NCBI GenBank assembly: GCA_002269645.1
Contig: NIVC01001378.1
Location: forward strand, 62,001-126,000
Origin: Macrostomum lignano
Taxonomy: Eukaryota
Reading direction: 5' to 3'
DNA length: 64,000 bases
Made by a program: the position numbers and the translations under genes. The notes beneath the pieces are model-generated. The model did not search any database, was not told the DNA's origin, and was given only the letters and a program-made list of their open reading frames with translations. How positions within the stretch are numbered: the first letter of the stretch is position 1; each line of letters begins with the position of its first letter. Below are positions 44,567 to 56,780 of the stretch, in pieces.

Positions 44567-45055
44567 ATTTAAGGGGGGGGCGTGGACGAAGAGTGGGGGA
44601 ATTATTTTGATTCGCATCGTTTAGAAATATACTGAAAATGCGTTTTTGGACAAGTTGGTCGGTTGATCGGACTTGGGATCTTTTCTTCTTTTGAATTATT
44701 TGTGGGTACCGTGCAGTGTAGTTGAAATTCCTGTAGAATACTCTACCATTTGGTTCGGTTCCTTACTACTTGATTTTTAATAGAAAAATATAGTATGTGC
44801 GTAATAAAATTTCTGACGGGTACCTTATTACGTGTTTTGCAATTGAAAAATGGGGTATGGACGTAATTTTCTATTACTACTGATTATAACAGCGAGGTGT
44901 GAGCGAGGAAGGATGGAGGGAGACTGCTGGGTGTGTTTAAATGTCACTGTGGCTGTAGATTTCAGATTTTAACTAAATGTGACAAAATCGGAGAATGGCA
45001 AGCAAGCTATCCAGTGGATGCAAAGCAGTCCTGCCCATTCCACTGGTCCCTGAGC

Positions 45056-45764
45056 CAAGGACTGCTCAAGTAGAAGCACGGAAACAGCGTTTCTTAGATA
45101 ATGTTTATGAGGCTGGTTTTCGCAGAAAAATACACTACGGAGATTGGAAATTTTCATTTTTCAGCACAAAAAGTGTTATTACTTTCGATAGGAAGCAGAC
45201 CCAGTGTTCATCTTTTAATATGTTGTGCCTTTTATATAGCTCTATTGATATTCATAAAGCTTTTCGTTCAGAAAATTGGGATTCTTTGTTAATTTTTTAT
45301 TCTACGTACAATTATTGTAACATACTCTGTGCCTAAAAACCTTTAAAATGGCAAGGCACGGCTCATGGGTTTTACTAATCTAATTTGTCATTTTTAGCTG
45401 GCTGTGCAACAATATTTGTAACAGAGTTGATAAAACAGATTCATAAAACCAAAGAGTCGAGCTGTGCCATGCACTTTTATGATTTTTAGCCACAGAAAAT
45501 GTACGTAGAATAAAAAATTAAGATAGAATTCTAATTTTCTAAACGAAAAGCTTAATGAATATCAGTAGAGGATAAAAAAGGCAATGAGAAAGACACAGCA
45601 TATCAAAATATGAACATTGGGTCTGCCTCCTATCGAAAGCAATAACAATTTTTGTGCTGAAAAATGAAAACTTCCTATCTCCGTAGTGTATTTTTCAGAG
45701 AAGACCAGCCTCATAAACATTTTCTAAGAAACAGTTTCTTGTCCTTCTACTTGAGCAGTCCTTG
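45056..45764. mobile_element. P-like non-autonomous foldback element (copy 2, most complete)
   Basis: ~200-bp imperfect TIRs starting CAAGGACTGCTCAAGTAGAAG, with a perfect 8-bp TSD CCCTGAGC. CANRG termini plus an 8-bp TSD fit the P superfamily. Confidence 0.85.
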
Positions 45765-46535
45765 CCCTGAGCATGAGCATGTACACGCTCACACATGACT
45801 TTCCAATCTTCAGGCATGTACAGGCGCTGTTGTACGCCATGTAATGGTCCTTGAAAATCGAAAGTCAACTAGAACTAATCTCGATTAAATTTTAAATCAA
45901 TTCGGTATTACAGGCGCGCAGTTTTAGGCAGACGTGCAGCAAAGCCTGTCAGAAAGGTATTATTCAATGTTTACTTTTCAAGTGCTTAGGGTGCAAATAA
46001 AGTTAATCGCATTAAATGAAGATAAGACTGGCGGCCTGTTAAACTCTGAATTTCGGTGCAGCACGTTAAGCACTGGATGGATGGACGAATTGTCTTTCCA
46101 CCGGTACTTTCTAACCCCGCAACCCGCAGACTCACGTGACCCAGTCCTGCTCTCTTTGATAATGCTTCTGAGACTCCAACTAAACCCTTTCTGTACACGG
46201 AGCGAAGCTTAAATAACGTACTCAACTCTCAAATTATTCGAGTACTGCTCGAGTCCTATTGCAATAAGAAATTGGCACTGCGGTTGGCTGCCACCAGTGA
46301 TACCTCGGGTCGGAGGGTTGGGCGCAGCACCGACCCCGAAAATGCCGCCCGCCCCCAAACACGCAGCCGTCATTCGACCTTTACATACTTTCAGAGACTG
46401 GAGAGAAGAAGTTATATAATACCTTCGTCTATTGCTCTATTACCACTTAGTCAAAGGTGTAGAATCAGAAGGAACGACCCATTGTCGCGACTATAAACTA
46501 ACAATCAATCGCAATTCTCTAACCAGACTCCGAAA

Positions 46536-47225
46536 ATGTTCTTCGAAAAGAAAGACGGCATCGTCTACAAGACGGTGACGGGCAACGATTATTGCCAGGT
46601 TGCTCGCCTCCTGTGCGACAGTTTCTATTCGGCCACTCCTCTCAGTTGGCCGCTGGGTGGGCCGCTGGCTCCGGCCGAGGTTGAGACCGTCTTCCCCCAG
46701 CTCAGCGTTATCATCTCGCATCGGGTGTCGATTTTGGCCTTCGACGCTGACACGAAAGAAATTGTCGGCGTCCGGCTGTCTGTCCTGTCGGATAGAGAGT
46801 CGCGATGCTCGCCATCGGATCCGCTGTTGGACAGCGCGGAGCTGGCGGCTCGCTACCCGAAGCATAGCCGACTGGTTCAACTGGAGCAACACCTGGACAT
46901 TCAAGCAGATTGCCTGGCCAGGTACCGAGTCAGCCGGGCAATGATCGGCAGGTTCCTAGCCGTGAAAGAGTCGCACGCGAATCGCGGCATCGGCGGCCGA
47001 CTCGTCGAGAGCAGCGTTCGTCTGGCTAAAGTGCTCCGAATCCCGCTGGTGATTGGCACGTCGCACAATGTCTATTCGCATCGGATTTATCGATCGCTTG
47101 GCTTCGATTGCATCTATTCGGTTCAGTTCCGCGACTACACAGACGAATTGGACGGCGAGAAACCGTTTGCGGCTCTGGAGGATACTGAGCACTCCGAGGC
47201 GGCTGTGTTTGCCTATCGACTGTAG
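46536..47225 (+). CDS. GNAT-family N-acetyltransferase, insect AANAT/dopamine NAT-like (229 aa, single exon)
   Basis: Motifs LAFDADTKEIVGVRLS, FLAVKESHANRGIG (acetyl-CoA motif A) and SHNVYSHRIYRSLGF. Confidence 0.88.
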   Translation: MFFEKKDGIVYKTVTGNDYCQVARLLCDSFYSATPLSWPLGGPLAPAEVETVFPQLSVIISHRVSILAFDADTKEIVGVRLSVLSDRESRCSPSDPLLDSAELAARYPKHSRLVQLEQHLDIQADCLARYRVSRAMIGRFLAVKESHANRGIGGRLVESSVRLAKVLRIPLVIGTSHNVYSHRIYRSLGFDCIYSVQFRDYTDELDGEKPFAALEDTEHSEAAVFAYRL

Positions 47226-49234
47226 CTAATCTCGCTAGACACGGCGGCGAACGAATTGCCCATCTTCCCACAAAAACTGCGCCCCTCCAAAAACCAAAAC
47301 GACAGAGCCCAACAAACTACCTGCGCCCCCATATCTACCTTGATATGCATAGAAATTGCGTAACTCAATGTCTTTCCATCATATGCTGAATTAAATTTCA
47401 TTTCAGCCAAAACTCGACTTCATGCATTCATCTTATTATCGACGAAGATTTCTATTGGATGTTGCTAATGAGACTAATGACAATGCGTTAACTTTTAACG
47501 GATTGCATAAAGAGTTTAAACTATCTGTGATGCCTATTTTGCCATTTAGGTTCAGCAGTAATGAATTGATGAAGTATAGCAAATTTCTCATTTCTCGAAG
47601 ACGCCATGCTCAGAGCTGGGGGAACACTGAACCGTTCATTTCTTAATATGTCTATTGTTATCGCACCTTTCCTGCACCCTCCTAAATTGTGAAGGCACAA
47701 TAGCTCCGAAGACCCTTCGCTCTATCGGACTAACTAGAATTGAATGTTCATTTCAATTCATTTTAGTGACCATGCACTGCGCACTTCGCCCACCCTGCAA
47801 CTACAGTTTCAGTTGAACAAATATGCGCCAACTTCGTCATCTTTCGCAGAATAAATCTTCTAACTAAACTAACTTGGCAGAGATATTTTTTATAAATAGA
47901 CTGCTTTTCAGAATGCAATATTTAACTGAAGCATATCATAAGGTACGTGTATGCGCATGATATAAAAATACCATGAAATGCAGTCACCCTTCAAAGCTTC
48001 TTGCTATCTGGTCAGTGAACAAATATATAATAATTATACAGCCATCTTTGAAATCGTATGCATAAGCTTTCATTAGATTATTTTTATTGGTGTCTTTTCA
48101 TAATCTTAAGCATCGAATTTATGTGTAACTTAGTATAACCCACTCATTTCGAAAACTCATTTTGTTAACAGGACATTGCCCAAGAACTGCCACTGAGGTA
48201 CTCGTGGAGTGGAGCGCCGTGGATTGATATTTAAGCATCCTTGAAAGAGAATCTGGTGCCAATGGAGTCATCGTGTTGCCACCGAATTGGCCCCAGGTGA
48301 CAAACTCATGTCAAGTGCCCCAAAGCCGTTCGAGAAGGTACGTGCTGCTCCAGATGGCCAGCGATGTCGGACCCTGGCCGGAGACTCACAGCAGGCAGTT
48401 AGTTCACCTGTAGAGGCATGGCCGCAGTAGCCAGTTGAAGTCGCCGCCCTCTAAATGCATGGCTATATCTTTCGAGCTATTATAGTCATTCTCCTAGTCT
48501 CATTTTGGTCTCAAGGCGCACCTTACTGTCGGTAGATATCGTTTTGTTTCGTGTACATTAACCTAAGCGTGATTAATTCCAATTGATTACCAATTTCAAT
48601 ACATTGATGTATACTTACTGGCAAAGGTAAACAGAACCGATGTGGTAGCTCTGCAAAAAACCCATCATGTGCTTCTTTCACTCACGGGAATGAAGCTAGC
48701 TATGCTGGCATCCGAGTGTATATATAGCTATACACTGTAGGCGTGTTAAACTGTGTTTGATGGTCTTCTTGCAGGGAACAACAACTGTCAAAATGCAAAC
48801 GTCTCTTGGAGTTTAAAAGAGAAATTTCTAAAATAGCAACACTGCAGCCAATAGCTCGTATAGCTAGCTGGGTCAAATTCCTACCAACAGCTGACGGGAA
48901 AACGTTTGTAGCTAAACTTGCTTCGGGTAAACATGCACGAATATAAGGCTGATAGTGATAGCTTACTCGTTATTTGTAAATATCACGGGGCTTATAATCT
49001 CCTTAAATCATAAGTAGATATTGTTGAAGTGTCTGGTAATTTTACATGTTCTTAAACTGGATTTGAACTGACGTACATGTATATATAGATATGCATAGAC
49101 TGCTGCTGCTGGTCATGCCCACAATGCCGGAAACAGGCCTCTAATCCGAAAGGGCTCCTTCTTTGAGGCCAGTCATCTGCCCTTGACGCAGATAGCTAGT
49201 GGACCTCAGCTACTGGAGTGCAGGCCTAACAACC

Positions 49235-49415
49235 CGGATGTCCATACTAACACAATAGAGGGCACATTGCCCACCACGAGGGCCATGCATGGCACATTGG
49301 CACATCCAAGGCTCTGTTCAACACCCACCTGGACGAGTTCCTGTGGCGCCGTTGCCACCCACGCAACACCTTCGGCAACATCCTTTTCTGGGTGGCGCAT
49401 TACTACGACGTCTGA
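49235..49415 (+). pseudogene. Merlin/ISXO2-like transposase C-terminal fragment
   Basis: VHTNTIEGT, then a frameshift, then GTSKALFNTHLDEFLWRRCHPRNTFGNILFWVAHYYDV*. Confidence 0.75.
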
Positions 49416-49718
49416 AACTCTCCATTTAGTAGTTTAATAACAACGTCTCCGTTGGCGTTGCTCCGTTGTTAAAACTTCGTTACAATTTCGTAAAATAATC
49501 ATAGCGCTACTAGCGGTAGGTAGTCATAGCGTCATGGTCTATATTTTAATTCATACGCAATTATTCGCCCTAAGGGCTAAGGCCAAAGCCTGCTCGCCCT
49601 ACCTACCATTGGCCATTCAAACTGAAGGAATTGCCGAAATATAGCAGACGAAGATCATGGAATAAAACACTTCATTGTTAACTGTTTATATTTTCCAAAT
49701 GTCGCTCCAATTGATAAC

Positions 49719-49790
49719 TCCTCGATAGTATAGTGGTCAGTATCTCCGCCTGTCACGTGGAAGGCCCGGGTTCGATTCCCGGTCGGGGAG
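49719..49790 (+). tRNA. trnD-GTC: tRNA-Asp(GTC)
   Basis: Complete cloverleaf: acceptor TCCTCGA/TCGGGGA, anticodon loop CTGTCAC, T-arm CCGGG-TTCGATT-CCCGG. Followed by a T6 Pol III terminator. Confidence 0.96.
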
Positions 49791-51034
49791 AATTTTTTGC
49801 GTAATTTAAACTAAAACGTTTTATCAATCATGTCAGTTTTCGCACTTCTCCGTATTTATTCACAAGCAGTGTATCTTTTGCTTATTGCTGATTTCAATGT
49901 CAAAACATAATGATCCCTAAAATACTATTTCGACAATTTCAAGAATAATAAAGTGACTTAGATTTTGTTATCATTGAGCATTTGAACTGAGCCTAAATTC
50001 GATTAAACAATCGAATGTGGAATTAGTGAAATTAAAAACAAGACATCTTATTAGATAACGAATCATAGCAACTTGGTGTTTTTTTAAATTGTGTTATTCT
50101 CATTCCGAGTCAGTTATCCAAATAAAATTATACCTGCACATAGCCGATATGTATCGAAAAACATCTAAAGGCACTTAAATAATTAACAATAAATGCAGGT
50201 CAGGCTATTTAAAAAAAGCATTTAATAAATTTCTGTCAACTGATGAAATATTTTGACGTCGTCAAAAATCAGAAAAAAAGATTTTATTGCAACTATTTGT
50301 TCTTTCTTATCTTTGACTTCTTTATTCTGAACAATCAAAATATTCTACTTGTTAGTAGAACCTACAAAAATTTATTAAAAGGTTTCTTCCACGCTGTAAA
50401 AAACAAAAAACCTTTTTTTGAGTACGCTTTGGATTTTCATTGCTATGTAAAATCAATCGTATTCGTATGTGACTTAATTGTAGTCTCATTAGACATGCAC
50501 ATTTATGCATGAATGCCCATGTAGCTCGTACTTGAGAGAAGTACTCCCCGTCTAAAGAAAAAATGTTAATAATTACAAGGTTTTTTTGTTATAGCTATGT
50601 CTCATTTTTAGTCCGCGTAGATGCCTCGCTGTTTAAAAAGAAAGAAACTCGACGAATTTTTTAAAAATATTTATTTGATTTTTCACGTAGACGCCACGTG
50701 TGTCGCTCGTATATTTCAAAACAATAGATACGATATGCCACAAGGCTTGAAAGAGCAAACATATAATAAACCTTTCTGTCAAGTCGAAGATCAGCCACCC
50801 AGATCAGTTACCAAGACCTGCGGAGAGACATCGACGTGCGATGGAACAGCTAGTTGCAAGTGAAACGTATTTTAACGATACGTAGATTATATATATGAAT
50901 AATTTAGAAACAGCATTCTCAATCTAAACTAGGTCTACCGTATTTTCAAACTACAGTATGCCACTGACATACGCCTCTCATTTCTTCCCATACTTACGAG
51001 GTAGAACTCCCACCAATCCGTCGATTTTGCAACT

Positions 51035-52490
51035 CCCTCCAGTCTGTCGGTTCTGCCACTCCCTCCGATCCAACGGTTCTGCAACTCCCTCCCTAAATCC
51101 ATCGGTTCTGCAACTCCCTCAATCCTTCGAACCTGCAACACCGTTAAATCCTTCAGTCCTGCAACTTCCTCCAATCCTTCTGTTCTGCAACTCCCTCAAA
51201 TCCTTCAGCCTTGCAACTCTCTCCAATCCTTTGGTTCTGCAACTCCCTCAATCCTTCGAACCTGCAACTCCGTTAAATCCTTCAGTCCTGCAACTTCCTC
51301 CAATCCTTCTGTTCTGCAACTCCCTCAAATCCTTCAGCCTTGCAACTCTCTCCAATCCTTTGGTTCTGCAACTCCCTCAAATCCTTCAGCCTTGCAACTC
51401 TCTCCAATCCTTTGGTTCTGCAACTCTCTCCAATCCTTTGGTTCTGCAACTCCCTCAAATCCTTCAGCCTTGCAACTCTCTCCAATCCTTTGGTTCTGCA
51501 ACTCCCTCAAATCCTTCAGCCTTGCAACTCTCTCCAATCCTTTGGTTCTGCAACTCTCTCCAATCCTTTGGTTCTGCAACTCCCTCAAATCCTTCAGCCT
51601 TGCAACTCTCTCCAATCCTTTGGTTCTGCAACTCTCTCCAATCCTTTGGTTCTGCAACTCCCTCAAATCCTTCAGCCTTGCAACTCTCTCCAATCCTTTG
51701 GTTCTGCAACTCTCTCTCCAATCCTTTGGTTCTGCAACTCCCTCCTTTGGTTCTGCAACTCCCTCCCTAAATCCATCGGTTCTGCAACTCCCTCAATCCT
51801 TCGAACCTGCAACACCGTTAAATCCTTCAGTCCTGCAACTTCCTCCAATCCTTCTGTTCTGCAACTCCCTCAAATCCTTCAGCCTTGCAACTCTCTCCAA
51901 TCCTTTGGTTCTGCAACTCCCTCAATCCTTCGAACCTGCAACTCCGTTAAATCCTTCAGTCCTGCAACTTCCTCCAATCCTTCTGTTCTGCAACTCCCTC
52001 AAATCCTTCAGCCTTGCAACTCTCTCCAATCCTTTGGTTCTGCAACTCCCTCAATCCTTCGAACCTGCAACTCCGTTAAATCCTTCAGTCCTGCAACTTC
52101 CTCCAATCCTTCTGTTCTGCAACTCCCTCAAATCCTTCAGCCTTGCAACTCTCTCCAATCCTTTGGTTCTGCAACTCCCTCAAATCCTTCAGCCTTGCAA
52201 CTCTCTCCAATCCTTTGGTTCTGCAACTCTCTCCAATCCTTTGGTTCTGCAACTCCCTCAAATCCTTCAGCCTTGCAACTCTCTCCAATCCTTTGGTTCT
52301 GCAACTCCCTCAAATCCTTCAGCCTTGCAACTCTCTCCAATCCTTTGGTTCTGCAACTCTCTCCAATCCTTTGGTTCTGCAACTCCCTCAAATCCTTCAG
52401 CCTTGCAACTCTCTCCAATCCTTTGGTTCTGCAACTCTCTCTCCAATCCTTTGGTTCTGCAACTCCCTCCTTTGGTTCTGCAACTCACTC
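51035..52490. repeat. 26/52-bp intronic minisatellite with large internal duplication
   Basis: Unit TCCAATCCTTTGGTTCTGCAACTCCCTCAAATCCTTCAGCCTTGCAACTCTC. Identical spurious ORFs occur 803 bp apart. Confidence 0.93.
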
Positions 52491-52593
52491 CAATCATCCA
52501 TCCCTGCTACTGCCCTTCCCTTCAAACAATCATTCGATCCTCCAAATCCAACTTCCAATTCGAAATGCAAAGGCAAAAATGAACGTCACTCAC

Positions 52594-54044
52594 TCTCGAA
52601 TGGCTCGTGGCCGGCAGTGTCCAAGTACATTTTCACGTTCACCCGGCCGTTGGGCTTCCACTCTCCAGCACGCATGCCCATGCTGGCGCAGCCAATCGTG
52701 CCGCACGATCTGCACTTTCCGGCTTTAAAGTCCTCGTAGCTAGCACAGGGGTAGGCCTGAAACGACCCAATAGAGACGTAATATCATGATAAATCTCATT
52801 CTGATTGTGTCAAGAGTACAAAAAACCAATATGCTTCAGCATATTTACCAGATAGTTTCCTCGCCGGTTGGCAATGGTGCTGGTCATTACAGGCAAAACG
52901 CGGTTATGACTGCAGGTCATGCGCCAGATTGTGCCGCTAATGATGCCCCCGACACTTCCGCTGGGCGGATCGTTGCAGTCTGGCTGCGATGTACCACCGT
53001 TCGGGTAGAAGTCCACGTGGCCCACCGGTTGCATCAGACCGAATCCGCCCTCCAACTTGATGATGCTCAACGTGCTGTCTCCGTCGGTGTGGATTGCGTC
53101 AACGAACCGAGCATCGGTGGGATCGAGTCGAACCTCCGGATGGGTGTTCTCGAAGTAGGGTCCGGCCGGATCCATTCCTGTGATGCGGCCCAGCTTCTTG
53201 CTTCCAGTGCTCAACCGTTCGCCTGCGTAGCCGGACACGTGAGCACCCAGGCTGTGGCCGATGAGGTGGAAGTTCTCTCGATTGACGCCAAAGTTCGACT
53301 CCAGCCAAACGATGAACTGGGCGATGAGGGCGCCGATGACGCGGGTGTTCGCCGTGGCCTGCAGTTCGGTTTCAGTTTGGTTGGTGCTCAAAAAGTTTAG
53401 AAGAGTTTCCAAAGATTTTGGGTTGATTATCATCTTAGGATGTATTTTTTCAATTCTACCCATAAGTAGTTGATACTTTAAGGCTAAAACTTGAGACTGT
53501 CAAAGTTTTATCAAAGTTTCACAGTGTTGGTTGAGGCAATAAGTGAAGTTGTTTAGGGCACTCCAAGAATTTGGCTGGGTTCTCCACGAATTTTAAATCC
53601 TTTCAGCCAACTCACCTGACCGTAAGGAAAGCCGTTGCCTCGACTCCAGTCCAGCTGGATCACATTGTAGTCGCCTTCATTGAGCAGGGCAACCTTCATC
53701 GCCTTGTTCCAGTCGGAGTCACCACTGTCGGTAAAGCCGTGAATGATGATCTTAGTTTGTGATCGAGACCTGAAGTTGGACCTGCTCACGCTGTCCCTGT
53801 TGTTGTAGACCAGGTTCTGAGCAGTGTTGACATTGCGCCTGGTGTACAGGGCAAAAGTCGGTCGAATTCTGTCGGGATCCTGCGGCAGCTGCAGCACCGG
53901 TCGCCTGATGATGTCGTAGAAGTTGCCTCTGTTGCTGAAGCAGCCCAGACCGTCGTAGCAGACTTCTCTGACGGCGGTCTCTCCGTTAGAGTAGATCGAA
54001 GAGCCACAGAGGCCCAGAAGTAGCAGCAGAATGCTCTGTAGCAT
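52594..54044 (-). CDS. Secreted pancreatic-lipase-family triacylglycerol lipase (last exon unresolved)
   Basis: Exons 53616-54044, 52849-53358 and 52594-52756 (phases 0,0,1). Signal peptide, VCYDGLGCF, IIHGF, GHSLG, GRITGMDPAGP, DAIHTD, CSH and AYPC motifs. The terminal exon probably lies near 50800-50960. Confidence 0.92.
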
Positions 54045-54959
54045 ATCTCGACTAATTGTAAATTTACACCTACCAATAAACGTGCGTGGCTGAATCGAGT
54101 GCTATAATCGGGAACTCAAACTGCATAGGTAGTTTTATTGAAGAGTTCCAGTCAAGTTTAAATAAGAAATTATTTGTCGTAAATTCGGTAACACGTTTCA
54201 ACTTCACACAAGTTTTTTATCGGGAATAATCGTATGAGTTCGTATGGTTACTTTTTGATATGATATGGGAGAAACATACACTATGCCAAAGTGGGTACGA
54301 AAAATATGTTTACTCGTATCGTTCTCAGCACAGATCTACCTTTCTGCTCGTATTTGGAAACCAATAGCCAATCAATTAAGATGAAGTCATTCCAGTAAAG
54401 CGCAAAACATTGTCCCGATAATCACGTGCACTTCTTGCTTTGGTTGGGTCCGTTGGGAGTTGCGCAGATGCCTCACCGACTTTCTATACACAGTTAAAGA
54501 ACGCATTATTTTGTTGTTTTGAAATCTTCTTTCTTCTTCTTCTAATCTAATAAATCTCTAAGGTTTGTATGCTTGCTTGCTTGCTTGCTTGCTTGTCCAT
54601 AACGCTCTAGAGATTGAACCGTTTGACCAATTTTGATCGCGTTTTCGCCAAAAGATTCAAATTTGTCCGGAAAGAAGACAGTTAAAAATTTATTTAATCT
54701 GCTTCAATGCTGAAGGTATTAAATATTCGAATAACGAGTTTTCCCTATGCTTTCAATGGGAGGCCAAAACAGGTTGAATTCTTGACTGGCTGAATTCCAA
54801 TTCCAATTGAGATTGCGCCACAATTTTTCTCTCCTAACTGAGTAGGCCTCAATACTGGCTGCAGTAAGGGAGAGGAAAATAATGCTCAGTGGCTGCGTGT
54901 GTACATTCTGGCCCTGGCTGACAGGCGGACTCCATAGACAATTGCTATTTATTTCTAGT

Positions 54960-55520
54960 TTTCTAGATTTCTTAGATTTCTTTCTTAGATTCTTTCTTAG
55001 ATTCTTTCTTAGATTCTTTCTTAGATTCTTTCTTAGATTCTTTCTTAGATTCTTTTTTAGATTCTTTCTTAGATTCTTTCTTTGATTCTTAGATTCTTTC
55101 TTAGATTCTTTCTTAGATTCTTTCTTAGATTCTTTCTTAGATTCTTTCTTAGATTCTTTCTTAGATTCTTTCTTTGATTCTTAGATTCTTTCTTAGATTC
55201 TTTCTTTGATTCTTAGATTCTTTCTTAGATTCTTTCTTAGATTCTTTCTTAGATTCTTTCTTAGATTCTTTCTTAGATTCTTTCTTAGATTCTTTCTTAG
55301 ATTCTTTCTTAGATTCTTTCTTAGATTCTTTCTTAGATTCTTTCTTAGATTCTTTCTTAGATTCTTTCTTAGATTCTTTCTTAGATTCTTTCTTAGATTC
55401 TTTCTTAGATTCTTTCTTAGATTCTTTCTTAGATTCTTTCTTAGATTCTTTCTTAGATTCTTTCTTAGATTCTTTCTTAGATTAGATTCTTAGATTCTTT
55501 CTTAGATTTCTTTCTTAATT
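54960..55520. repeat. 12-bp tandem repeat (TTCTTAGATTCT)n
   Basis: Near-perfect array. Confidence 0.96.
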
Positions 55521-56669
55521 CTCAATTAGTAGGCGGAGTAACCGCACTGTAAGCACTAGAACTAGGTTTAGGCTAGGCATAAGGTCCAAGGTTCGAGTCT
55601 GCCTCGTCGGCGGATAATTAAAATTAAATTAATTCCTTCACTTGTAGCTTGTGCGTCGACCTAATTAGAACATTTTTTTGATTAATTAGCAGGGCACACT
55701 TAATGAGTTATTTTTGCTATTCGGCACAAGTTGTTAAGCAAATTTTTTGATTATTAAAGTATCATTGCAGTTTGCTGAGAAGACTGTGGAGCCAGCCGAG
55801 AGGAGAACTGCAGACTGCTGAGGGGATAAATGAGAATTGTTAAGGGAACAGTTGTAGACAGCAAATGGAATGACTGCAGACTGCTGAGGGGAATTGCAGA
55901 TTGTCGAAGGGATCATTGAAGACTACAAAGGGGACAAACTGCAAACTGCTGAGGTAGTTCCTCCATACTAACAAGAGTATAGCTGCAAACTGCAGAGGGG
56001 GGATAACTACGGACTACTTGGAGGATAATGGCAGACTTTTTAGGAGGATTACTAACTACTGAGTTTTTAGTGGATATTGTGGAGGATTAAGTGCGGGTTG
56101 TTGAGGGGATTACTGCGGACTGCGGAGTGAATTATTGCAGTTTGCGAGGGGACAATAGGCCGCTGAGGGCATAAATGCTTAATTTTAATGAAAGTTGTAG
56201 ACTGCAAACAAGATAACTGAAGGCTGCTAAAAAGCATGCCTGCTATCTGCTTTGCGAGATTAAAAGGGATAATTTGAGGTCATTGTGGAACTTTAAACTG
56301 TATAAAACAAAAGTTACTAAACTTCTTGATATACTAAACTTCTTGAATAGTATAGGTTTATTTCGACCATCTGTCATTCGGCACAATGGCCGCATCGTAG
56401 GCAGGCAGTACAAGCTAACAGGTATAGGCTTAGCAGAAGTTCGAGTCTGCATTGAAGCAAAGAATTTATCTCTGTGGCCTGTGACAATAATGATTTTCTT
56501 ATATACTGAATCATGCCTTTTTTACTTTAAAATTTAAAAATACTTTTGCTGGGGCTGGGTTAATCTTCTATAGCAGTGCTAATCTGCTGTAAGTGCTAAT
56601 TTAAAGCTTAGCAGAGCTAAATCGGGGAGAGCACTGCTAATCTGGAATATGGAATAATCTGGAACCATT

Positions 56670-56780
56670 GCCAAACTGCTGGTGAAGCATTGCTAAACTG
56701 CTGGTGAACCATTGCTAAACTGCTGGTGAACCATTGCTAAACTGCTGGTGAACCATTGCTAAACTGCTGGTGAACCATTA
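56670..56780. repeat. 22-bp tandem repeat
   Basis: TTGCTAAACTGCTGGTGAACCA x4-5. Confidence 0.9.

Larger units (their letters stand above)
30706..44881. mobile_element. 14.2-kb element with Polinton/Maverick-like ends (long TIRs, 6-bp TSD), no Polinton genes visible
   Basis: TIRs at 30706-31438 and 44151-44881 are highly similar in inverted orientation. GATTAT flanks both ends (30700-30705, 44882-44887), and the right end reads 5'-AGTAGT on the minus strand. Further colinear inverted segments lie inside. Confidence 0.65.

Noticed and set aside
50958-52739. Several 200-460 aa plus-strand ORFs
   Set aside because: Translations of an intronic minisatellite, antisense to the lipase.
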